DNA of 64,000 bases from an uncultured Trueperaceae bacterium (GTDB taxonomy: Bacteria > Deinococcota > Deinococci > Deinococcales > Trueperaceae): contig CAWCXJ010000009.1 in NCBI GenBank assembly GCA_963799485.1, forward strand, positions 32,001-96,000, in the 5' to 3' direction. Below the pieces are notes generated by a model. It was not told the DNA's origin and did not search any database. It worked only from the letters and a program-made list of their open reading frames with translations. A program made the position numbers and the translations under genes. Below are positions 9,265 to 17,583 of the stretch, piece after piece (within the stretch, counting starts at the first letter, position 1; each line of letters starts with the position of its first letter).

Positions 9265-9867
9265 TCAGGCAGCCCGGGCGCGGCTGAGGATGTCAGCGAG
9301 AAGTCTCTCTCGGTCGTCCGGGCATGCCACAAAGTCGTACTCGGCAGCCTCAATGACGTAGCGCGGCGCGTCGTAGCTTTCAAAAAAACGGTCGTAAGCG
9401 TCACCGAGACGCCGCAGATAATCAGCCTCAATGTCCTGCTCAAAAGGTCGTCCGCGCTCTGCGATACGCTCCAAAAGCAGTTCCGGCGACGCCCGCAGGT
9501 AAACCGTCAGGTCAGGGCGCGGCAGTTTCGGGCTCAACTGCGCGTAAAGCCCCTGATAAAGCCCCCACTCGTCGCCGCGCAGGTTTAAGGAGGCGAAGAT
9601 AAAGTCTTTGTCGAACAGGTAGTCGGCAACAGTCGCGCCGTAAAAGAGCGAGCCCTGCGTCAACTCTTGCATCTGTTTGTAACGCGAAAGCAAAAAGAAC
9701 GTCTGGGCGCTGAAGGCGTAGCGTTCGGGGTCGGTATAAAAGCGTGCCAGAAAGGGGTTCTCCTCGACGACCTCGAGCAAGAGCCGTGCCCCGAGTTCGT
9801 CCGCTAAAAGTCGGCTCAAACTGGTTTTTCCGGCTCCGATCGGCCCTTCGGTGACAATCAGCGGCAT
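9265..9867 (-). CDS. Deoxynucleoside kinase (dGK-like)
   Basis: EGPIGAGKT, ADYLFDKD, RGRPFE; tandem paralogue of the preceding gene. Confidence 0.9.
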   Translation of the reverse strand: MPLIVTEGPIGAGKTSLSRLLADELGARLLLEVVEENPFLARFYTDPERYAFSAQTFFLLSRYKQMQELTQGSLFYGATVADYLFDKDFIFASLNLRGDEWGLYQGLYAQLSPKLPRPDLTVYLRASPELLLERIAERGRPFEQDIEADYLRRLGDAYDRFFESYDAPRYVIEAAEYDFVACPDDRERLLADILSRARAA

Positions 9868-10118
9868 CCTGTACTCCCCAAAAAACAGACCCCTAAAAAA
9901 CAATTGCGAACCGGCTACGCAGGCTTACGAGACCCCGCGCCCTTCCAGTATAGCCAACGGTTTTAGTTTTTCCCAGACGCAAAGCCGGTTTTTTGGACGG
10001 GTATTTGTAAGAACCTTGTAAGATTTTTCGCTTAGATGTCCCTCTTAAGGCTGAGTTAAGTTCAGCACGCTCTACTACACGAACCTCACCTTATAACTGA
10101 GGTTAGAAAGGCCGGTGG

Positions 10119-10583
10119 ATGGTGACGAGGACGCACAGCGTACAGAAAAGCTGGTCGGTAAACGCCGCGCCCCAAGAGCGTAAACGCTCCCGGCTCGCCG
10201 CTGCTTTAGGTGTCGAGCGGCGCACCTTGGCGGATGTTTTGGCTCAGGCGCAGTACAACCTGGACAAGCTCCGCAGCCTGACGTTGACCGATTTACAGCT
10301 GCTACTCAGCGTCCGCGACGCCGAACGCGTGTTTTATCTGGTGCAGTGGGAGTATCTTCAGGCACACCTCGAGCTTTACGGGACGCTGCCCCAAGCAGAC
10401 CTGGAGCCCCTATTAAAAACCCTTACGCCGATTTTCGAGCGGCATTTTAGCGGCAATACCCGCCTGAACGAAACGCTCTTGGCGCTCTACCGCGCCGAAC
10501 TCACTGGACGCAGTGAAGACGTATGCCTAAACCTGACGTCACCCTCTTCAGCACATCGGTTATTGCGCTGGTTGGGGCTTTAG
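10119..10583 (+). CDS. Hypothetical protein
   Basis: 154 aa ORF filling the intergenic space with a plausible RBS (GAAAGG). Confidence 0.6.
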   Translation: MVTRTHSVQKSWSVNAAPQERKRSRLAAALGVERRTLADVLAQAQYNLDKLRSLTLTDLQLLLSVRDAERVFYLVQWEYLQAHLELYGTLPQADLEPLLKTLTPIFERHFSGNTRLNETLLALYRAELTGRSEDVCLNLTSPSSAHRLLRWLGL

Positions 10584-10639
10584 CCCGCATCAGCTACTGT
10601 TTTGGTTGACGTAGCCTCTTATTTTGGCTACCCTAGACG

Positions 10640-10757
10640 CATCATGCTAACCACCGCTTGACTCAAGCGATCCTAAACCTGTCTCAGCGCAGCACGACAA
10701 TCGTCGTGATCGGGCCAATTTGCGCTGTAGACACCTCTTTCAGTTAGGTGGTAAGTT
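10640..10757 (+). promoter_or_regulatory. Structured 5' leader with uORF (MLTTA), candidate attenuator
   Basis: uORF 10644-10661; its ACCACC is complementary to the SD-like GGTGGT at 10747-10752; nested hairpins lie between. Confidence 0.4.
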
Positions 10758-11932
10758 TTGCGTTCACGTCAGCTGTCTCCTTATGCTGTCTATCTCAGCT
10801 CGTCTGCTGCAACCGCTTTTTTCTTTACGGTTTTCGCTACCCTGTCGTCGGTTTACCGGATTCAAACGGCGGGCCTGAGCCCCCTGCAACTCGTTTTAAT
10901 CGGGACGGTGCTCGAGCTGAGCGTTTTCATCTTCGAGGTACCGACGGGCGTCGTCGCCGACCTCACCAGCCGCCGCCGTTCGGTCATCATCGGGATGTTC
11001 TTGATTGGGGCAGGGTTTATGCTCGAGGGTCTTTTCCCGGTCTTCGCCACAATGCTTCTCGCACAGGTTATCTGGGGCGTCGGCGCAGCCTTCGAGAGCG
11101 GCGCAAAAGAAGCCTGGATCGCCGATGAACTAGGCGCACGGGTCGGCGCGGCTTTTCTCCGTGCTGTGCAAGTCGGGCAGCTCGCCTCACTCGCCGGGAT
11201 TGCCGTAGCGGTCGCCCTCGGCAACGTTTACCTCGCCTTGCCGCTCGTCGTCGGTGGAGCCGGCTTTCTCGGGGTCGGAGTATTTTTGCTGCTCTTTATG
11301 CGTGAAGGCAGCTTTACGCCTGCGTCTAAAAGTGCTTACCCGCTCACTGCAATAGGGGAAACACTCCGCACCGGCCTGACCCTCGTTCGGCGCACACCCA
11401 CGCTGCTTACCATTCTCGTGATTACCGGGATTTCGGGCGCGTCGTCCGAAACGTTCGACCGGCTTTGGGAGGTCCGTATCTTACAGCTCGGCCTGCCTGA
11501 GCTTGGCGCACTCCCCGACCTCGCCTGGTTCGGCCTCATCAGCGCCGGGGCGATGCTCTTGTCCGTACTTGCCACCGAAGGTGTGCGGCGCTACACGAGC
11601 CGGAGCCCACGTTTTACGGTAAAACTGCTTGCGGGTATCAGCACGCTGCTCATGCTGAGCGTCATCGGTTTTGGTCTAGCCGGTCGTTTTACGGTAGCGC
11701 TGGCTTTCTACTGGGCGTCGTACCTGCTGCGTACGGCTATTTGGAGCCCCAAACACGCGCCACTGTCTTTTCGCTCAACGCCCAAACCGACGCACTCGGG
11801 CAGATTGCCGGAGGGCCGCTGTTAGGTCTGCTGGCTAACGTGTCGCTGCGCGGCGCGTTCGGGGCGGCTGGACTTTTACTGCTGCCGGCGGTGTTTCTCT
11901 ATCTGCGACTTTTACGGCAAAGGAGCGGTTAA
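10758..11932 (+). pseudogene. MFS efflux transporter, frameshifted/deleted near 11740
   Basis: FEVPTGVVAD..SRRRS and FESGAKEAWIADE motifs. The C-terminal RATVFSLNAQTDALGQIAGGP is in another frame (11741..11932). Confidence 0.8.
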
Positions 11933-12423
11933 GTGTTTTCGTACCGCCCTATATGCCTTGCTCTTTGCCGCAAATACTCCGGGTCTTCTCTAGCCTCTAC
12001 ATACTTCTCGTAAAAAATTGCTGCTGCTGCTGCTTTTACCGGATCTTCTTCGCGGGGCAAGCGCTCCCGCCCATGTGCGCCGCTCTGCCCTTTTTTATCT
12101 TCCGGGACCGGGCCGTCGTACTTTTTCCCGCCTTTATGGTTTGCGTAACGCCTAGAGCGTGTCCAGCCCATCTGTAAAAACTTGCGCGCCATATCCGCGC
12201 CCGGAAAATCTTCAGCATTTAGGTAAGCCCGAAACATTTCGTAGAGTTTGCTCGAGGACACCTCGGCAACCTCCGGGTTCTTGAAGCGCCAGTGGGGGAG
12301 AAGTTCGCTTTTGTACGGTTCGATGAGCAGCACGCCCTGCTCGCCTTTGCCGATACGGTAAAGTTCCGGGTGTTCCCGAAAATTCAGGGTCTTGAAGTCT
12401 AGGTTGTAGTCGAACTTTGCCAC
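11929..12423 (-). CDS. DUF4385 family protein
   Basis: YRIGKGEQGVLLIEPYKSELLPHWRF, DMARKFLQMGWTRSRRYANHKGG. Confidence 0.85.
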   Translation of the reverse strand: MAKFDYNLDFKTLNFREHPELYRIGKGEQGVLLIEPYKSELLPHWRFKNPEVAEVSSSKLYEMFRAYLNAEDFPGADMARKFLQMGWTRSRRYANHKGGKKYDGPVPEDKKGQSGAHGRERLPREEDPVKAAAAAIFYEKYVEAREDPEYLRQRARHIGRYENT

Positions 12424-12493
12424 ACCCGACTGTAGCGGATTCTCAAAATGAACACTTTGCCTCCGCGCATAATCGGTTGAGGAGGCGACACTT

Positions 12494-12727
12494 ATGACCT
12501 ACAACGTGACCGGTTCAGGGATTCCCGCGCCCGACGTGCCGATGCCGACCAACCCGCAAGGAGTGCCCGATGTACCCGGCGAAGCGCCGATGAACCCGCC
12601 CGGTGAGCAGCCCGACGCGCCGCTCGAGGTTCCCGAAACGCCGGGCCGCGACGCGCCTTTGGATTCTCCCGGACGTGAGCAGCCGTCTGAAAACGATGAT
12701 TTGCCGGGAAGGGAAGAACCTGTCTAA
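12494..12727 (+). CDS. Small Pro-rich acidic hypothetical protein
   Basis: Strong RBS GGAGG; low-complexity P/E/D composition. Confidence 0.6.
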   Translation: MTYNVTGSGIPAPDVPMPTNPQGVPDVPGEAPMNPPGEQPDAPLEVPETPGRDAPLDSPGREQPSENDDLPGREEPV

Positions 12728-12759
12728 ACCGAGCGAGTCAAGAAGATTGTCAGGCAAAT

Positions 12760-13110
12760 ATGGCTGAGCGGACAATCATTCCAAATGCCGATGAAGCCGT
12801 TGTACCGCCGGAAAAGGTACGTGGTTATCTACTGTCTGTTTCACAGCCGGTAGGCAGATTCAAAGCCGTTTTCTTTCGCTCACTCGGTTACATAGCTGCC
12901 GACTGGGAAAGGCTCGAGGCTGACCTCCGTGCGCTTCTCGTTTTTGAAGCGGAGCTTGGAGAAAAAACCGAATACGGACAGAAATATGTGCTTAGAGGCC
13001 GGATTACGGGGCCGGCGGGCAGAAGCGTAGAGATTACGACGGTTTGGATTATACTCGAGGGTGAAAGCAGACCTCGGTTTGTTACCGCTTATCCGGGAGG
13101 CTACATATGA
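12760..13110 (+). CDS. DUF6883 family protein (putative toxin)
   Basis: EKVRGYLL...GRFKAVFFRSLGY...YGQKY...TVWI...PRFVTAYP. Confidence 0.75.
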   Translation: MAERTIIPNADEAVVPPEKVRGYLLSVSQPVGRFKAVFFRSLGYIAADWERLEADLRALLVFEAELGEKTEYGQKYVLRGRITGPAGRSVEITTVWIILEGESRPRFVTAYPGGYI

Positions 13111-13331
13111 AAGTGTTGGATACTGTTGTTCTGAACAAGGATTTGCCGAACTTGGGTTTACGGCGTGGTGACATCGGCGCTGTTGTCGAGGTATATAAAC
13201 CGGATGGCCTCGAGGTTGAGTTTGTCACCGGCTCGGGTCAGACGCAAGCTTTAGTTACGCTGAAAACAGCCGAAGTCAGGCCGCTCAGCGGTACGGATAT
13301 TCTCGCTGTGCGCTCGCTCAACGCCGCTTAA
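13107..13331 (+). CDS. DUF4926 family protein
   Basis: LDTVVLNKDLP..GLRRGDIGAVVEVY...EVEF; ATGA overlap with the upstream gene. Confidence 0.85.
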   Translation: MKVLDTVVLNKDLPNLGLRRGDIGAVVEVYKPDGLEVEFVTGSGQTQALVTLKTAEVRPLSGTDILAVRSLNAA

Positions 13332-13339
13332 AATGGTTC

Positions 13340-14035
13340 ATGTATAGCCAAACCGCCCAATACTACGATTTAATTTACGGTTTCAAAGATTACGCTGCGG
13401 AAACTGAGAAGATTACAACTTTAATACAACAAGAGCTGCCGACTGCAAAGACGATTCTAGACGTAGCTTGCGGCACGGCTGAACACGCCAAACTGCTCAG
13501 CAAACAGTTTGAGGTTGACGGGATTGACCTCGAGCCCGCCTTTGTAAAAATAGCTAAAGGGAAGGTTCCTTCCGGCGAGTTTTGGCTCGCTGACATGAGC
13601 GATTTTAGTTTGCCTAAAACATACGATGTTGTGCTGTGCCTGTTTTCCTCTATCGGCTATCTGCCGACCAAAGAAAAAGTAGTCGCCGCTCTGGAAAGCT
13701 TCAAAAAACACCTGAACCCCGGAGGCGTCATCTTCGTTGAACCTTGGATCACACCTGAAAACTGGCAAGTTGGACATACGGTTATGGTCACAGCCGAATC
13801 GGACGACCTCAAAATCTGCCGGATGAACGTCTCCGAGCAAACCGATAACCGCTCTGTGCTCAACTTTCACTATCTCGTCGCTACAAAATACGGTGTCGAG
13901 CATTTGGAAGAAAAGCATGAACTCGTTCTTTATACAAAAGAAGAGATGTTTGGGTGTTTTGCAGAAGCGGGTCTCAAGGTTTCTTATGATGAAAGATTTT
14001 TTGGTCGGGGTTTGCATACTGCCCGCACGCCGTAA
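13340..14035 (+). CDS. Class I SAM-dependent methyltransferase (TylM1/DesVI-like fold)
   Basis: YYDLIY..KDYAAE, LDVACGTAEH, CLFSSIGY, LNPGGVIFVEPW. Confidence 0.85.
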   Translation: MYSQTAQYYDLIYGFKDYAAETEKITTLIQQELPTAKTILDVACGTAEHAKLLSKQFEVDGIDLEPAFVKIAKGKVPSGEFWLADMSDFSLPKTYDVVLCLFSSIGYLPTKEKVVAALESFKKHLNPGGVIFVEPWITPENWQVGHTVMVTAESDDLKICRMNVSEQTDNRSVLNFHYLVATKYGVEHLEEKHELVLYTKEEMFGCFAEAGLKVSYDERFFGRGLHTARTP

Positions 14036-14079
14036 ACCTTGACGTTGCGTTTGGCAAAAACAGAGTTGAGAGATAACTA

Positions 14080-14119
14080 AAAACGTACCCCGCTTCGATA
14101 TGCAAGCGGGGTACGTTTT
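14080..14119. terminator. Bidirectional intrinsic terminator
   Basis: AAAACGTACCCCGCTT-loop-AAGCGGGGTACGTTTT between convergent genes. Confidence 0.85.
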
Positions 14120-14133
14120 CGTCAAAGCCTACC

Positions 14134-15219
14134 CTATTTCTGCGGCCACTCGGGATTGGTCACAAAGTCGGTGGGGTCAAGCTCATAACGCCCGAAGTCA
14201 CGCTCGTGCCTGGTAATCTTGCCGTAAATCCGCTGCACGTCGCCCTCGACCAGCCCGTAATCGAACGAGTCCCAGATGGCGGTCAGCTGCGTGCCGTCGT
14301 CTGCTTTGCTCGGGACGATGCGGCCTTTTTTGATGCCCTCCTCGAGCTTTTTCCGGCTCTCGATCCCCAGGTTGCGAAACACCACCTGCACCACGTCGCG
14401 GGCGTATTCACGGGGGCCGTAAATCCCGGCTTTGTAGACCGCGTAGTTGAACTTGTCCCAATCCGGCACGATGTTGTTCGCCGGCATCGTAAAGTGCGTG
14501 ATCACGTCTTGGATGGCCTCTAAAGTGCGCTGCGGGTAGTAGTACAAGAAAAGTCTGACGCCTTCTAGAAAGAAGTTGTAGTGCGCGGCTTCGTCGGTGG
14601 CAATCGTCTGGGCCACACGCGCTAGCACCGGGTCGGCGTCGTTCTGGTGCTGCGGTTTGTCCGACTTGCCGTTGGCGATCTTGAGCAGGTTGAGGTAGTT
14701 GAGCTGGGTGGCGCGTTCTTGAAACACCGTGTAGACGAGGTTACGCAGCGCGTCGCCTTCCCATAAACTGCGGTGGACGCTGGCGCGCAGGTCTTCTTTA
14801 TACGACTCGATAAAGCCGGGCGTGCGCTGCTGCGAGAACAAAAGCGAGTTCTCCCAGGTGTCGGCGTGTTTTTCTTCTTCGGAACCCCAGCGGAGCTGGA
14901 AGTGGCTGCGCCCGTGAGAGCGGCGTACCAGGTTCAGGATTTCGTCGACGTAGTCGGGGGTGTAGTACTCGACGGCAAAGAAGCCCTGCAAAATCTGCAT
15001 CAGCGGTTCGGAGAAGTCTTTGCGCAGGTTGCGCCAGGCGAACGATTTGTCCGGGTTCCAGTTGCGCGTCTCCTGGCTGCGGGCGGTGTACCAGCGGTAA
15101 AGACCCAAAAAGCCGCGTTCGATCAGCCGGTCTTTTTCCTGGCGGCTCAGCATACCGGCGGGCGTGCGGCTGCGGAGGTCGTCTAGGATGCTCGCGGGGG
15201 GGATGGTCAGGCTCGACAA
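14134..15219 (-). CDS. Soluble acyl-ACP desaturase (ferritin-like di-iron)
   Basis: WGSEEEKH, VFQERAT and IATDEAAHYNFF di-iron motifs; RBS AGGAG. Confidence 0.85.
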   Translation of the reverse strand: MSSLTIPPASILDDLRSRTPAGMLSRQEKDRLIERGFLGLYRWYTARSQETRNWNPDKSFAWRNLRKDFSEPLMQILQGFFAVEYYTPDYVDEILNLVRRSHGRSHFQLRWGSEEEKHADTWENSLLFSQQRTPGFIESYKEDLRASVHRSLWEGDALRNLVYTVFQERATQLNYLNLLKIANGKSDKPQHQNDADPVLARVAQTIATDEAAHYNFFLEGVRLFLYYYPQRTLEAIQDVITHFTMPANNIVPDWDKFNYAVYKAGIYGPREYARDVVQVVFRNLGIESRKKLEEGIKKGRIVPSKADDGTQLTAIWDSFDYGLVEGDVQRIYGKITRHERDFGRYELDPTDFVTNPEWPQK

Positions 15220-15392
15220 GGAGGGCTCCTTTTTGATAACGTCACATGTTGTCGACGGATAATAAAGCTAGTCTAGCAAGCTGCCAGCTAAAACCAGCGT
15301 AACAACCTTACAGTTTCGTTGGGTACAAGACTTCAACACCTCTATCTTGAGCTTTTTCTCACGCTTTTTACACCTGTCACCTGCGCGGGAGT

Positions 15393-16520
15393 TTACCGGT
15401 ACGCACGCTCAACTCGCGGACTGAGCCGCACCAGAAGCTCGTAAGAGATGGTTCCGGCAGCTTGGCCCAGTGTTTCAGCCGTCGGACCTTGCGGCCCAAA
15501 GACCGTCACCCGGTCGCCGACCTGCACGTCTAGGTCACCGACATCGACCATAAGCTGATCCATACATACGCGCCCGACGATGGGGCGACACTGCCCGCGA
15601 AGCCGCACCTGCGCGGCGGGAGTCGTGCTCAAAACGCGCGGGTAGCCGTCGGCGTACCCAAAGCGCACGGTGGCGATAGTCGTATCTTCCGGGGCTGTCC
15701 AGAGCGCGCCGTAAGAGAGGCTTTGTCCTTCGCAAACGCGTTTAACGAACGTTACGGGGGCGCTGAGGGTCATTGCGGGGATGAGGTCAGAGGCGTAAGT
15801 GGCGCTGTGGGGGCTCGAGTGATACCCATACAGCGCAATCCCGGGCCGCACCATCTCGAAGTGCGATTCGGGATAAGCCAGCGTCGCGGCAGAGTTGGCG
15901 GTGTGTTTGAGCGGCGGCTGAATCCCGGCACGTTCCAAGGCTGAAACGGCTTCGTAAAACCTTTCGAGTTGCCCTTCGGTGTACGCCCGGTCAGGTTCGT
16001 CCGCACAGGCGAAGTGTGTCCACACCCCCTCGAGTTCCACCCCCGGCGTGCTGTCTAGCAGCTTAGCCGTCGCCAACGTCTCTTTCGTTCCACCGCCCAA
16101 ACGCCCCATCCCGGTATCGACCTTGAGATGAACCCGCGCTTTGTGTCCGGTGGCGGCTTTTTTTACGGCGTCGGCGCTGCGGATATCTACGACGCTCAAG
16201 GTGACGTCTTGCTCGAGCAGTTCTTCTAAACCGTGATAGACCGGCGTAAAGATGAGGATGCGTCCCGTAACGCCGCCCGCACGTAGCTCTAACGCCTCGC
16301 CTGCTGTTGCCACCCCAAACCACGAGACGCCGAGCGCCTCTAAGTGCCGCGCCGTTCCAACTGCGCCGTGACCGTAGGCGTTCGCCTTGACCGGCGCTAA
16401 CATCGCCGTTGCCGGGCGGAGTCGCGCACGCAGCACCTGAACATTGTGTGCTAGTGCAGCGAGTGAAACGGTTGCCAGGGGTGCGTCATAGTGTAGGTCA
16501 TGGTGCAGAGCATACGTCAT
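15393..16520 (-). CDS. alr: Alanine racemase
   Basis: VKANAYGHG, HLKVDTGMGRLG, GYADG, VGRVCMDQ. Confidence 0.95.
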   Translation of the reverse strand: MTYALHHDLHYDAPLATVSLAALAHNVQVLRARLRPATAMLAPVKANAYGHGAVGTARHLEALGVSWFGVATAGEALELRAGGVTGRILIFTPVYHGLEELLEQDVTLSVVDIRSADAVKKAATGHKARVHLKVDTGMGRLGGGTKETLATAKLLDSTPGVELEGVWTHFACADEPDRAYTEGQLERFYEAVSALERAGIQPPLKHTANSAATLAYPESHFEMVRPGIALYGYHSSPHSATYASDLIPAMTLSAPVTFVKRVCEGQSLSYGALWTAPEDTTIATVRFGYADGYPRVLSTTPAAQVRLRGQCRPIVGRVCMDQLMVDVGDLDVQVGDRVTVFGPQGPTAETLGQAAGTISYELLVRLSPRVERAYR

Positions 16521-16618
16521 ACTGCGTGCAGCATACCGTTTCCGGTGTTAGCCACGGTTGCGCACTTGTACCTGTATGCACTTGTACCTGGGGCCGGGCG
16601 TTTAAGATGAGCTGACAG

Positions 16619-17413
16619 GTGTCTGACGTAGTGCCCAAATTCGTTTCGCTCATCAGCCTGCTTGTTACGGCAGTTTTGTGGATTGCGCTGGACGCGTTCT
16701 TCTGGGGCGCGCCGTTTGCCGGACTCTTTTTGTGGTCGCTGACCCGCGAAACGCCGTACCGCCGGAAACGGTATCTGGCGCTCGCCGCGTCCCTTCTGTT
16801 GCTGTCGCTCGCGCCCATTGCGACCGACACGAGCCTGCGCGGGTTTTTGCTGCTCGGCAGCTTTTTTACCCTTGCACTGGTCGTCCCGACGCTGCTGCTA
16901 AAGGGTGAAGATTCACCCATAACCTTTGCTTTTTGGCCCAAACGACCCGAGTTGCTCGAGGTCTTCTACACGCTGCTCGCCGCGCCGCTGGCGTGGGGGG
17001 TACTGTGGCTTTATTTCGTCGTTCTCAGCCCCGAGGTGCCGTTTAACTGGACGCTGCCACCCGAACCCGACACCGGCGAGCTGCTGCGGCTTTTTATCGG
17101 TATCAACTTGGTCGGCGTATGGGACGAGCTGTTTTTTATCAACATCGGTTACGCGCTGCTGCGGCAGCTTTTCGGTCCGCGCACGGCGAACCTGGCGCAA
17201 GCCGTTATCTACACGACCGTCTTATGGACGATGGCGTTTCGCGGCGTCGGCCCGGTGTTCGTCTACCTTTTCGCGCTTACGCAAGGTGCGATGTATGAAC
17301 GTTCACGGGTTCTCTTATGGGTGCTCTTGGTTCACCTCATCGTCGATTATTTTCTCTTTCAGCGGATCGTTTCGGCGTACTACCCCGACTTTTCGGTGTG
17401 GTGGCACCCCTGA
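16619..17413 (+). CDS. CPBP/Abi-family intramembrane glutamic endopeptidase
   Basis: Multi-TM protein; WDELFF and VHLIVD motifs. Confidence 0.7.
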   Translation: MSDVVPKFVSLISLLVTAVLWIALDAFFWGAPFAGLFLWSLTRETPYRRKRYLALAASLLLLSLAPIATDTSLRGFLLLGSFFTLALVVPTLLLKGEDSPITFAFWPKRPELLEVFYTLLAAPLAWGVLWLYFVVLSPEVPFNWTLPPEPDTGELLRLFIGINLVGVWDELFFINIGYALLRQLFGPRTANLAQAVIYTTVLWTMAFRGVGPVFVYLFALTQGAMYERSRVLLWVLLVHLIVDYFLFQRIVSAYYPDFSVWWHP

Positions 17414-17583
17414 CACCGGGCTGTTGGACGTTACTTGGACGTTACAAGGTGTAAAAGACTTTACAGGACAGGTGCATGAATGACCCTTAGGCTGGATGGG
17501 TGCGCGGGTATCCGACCTGCAGCAACTCCCAAACGGGCGGCGTTTACGCGTCAGCTCGGCAGATTTACCCGGAGGTGAAGGCC

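Noticed and set aside
8623..9867. Tandem deoxynucleoside kinases as a novel defence module
   Set aside because: Paired dCK/dGK genes are an ordinary salvage arrangement and sit among core genes.
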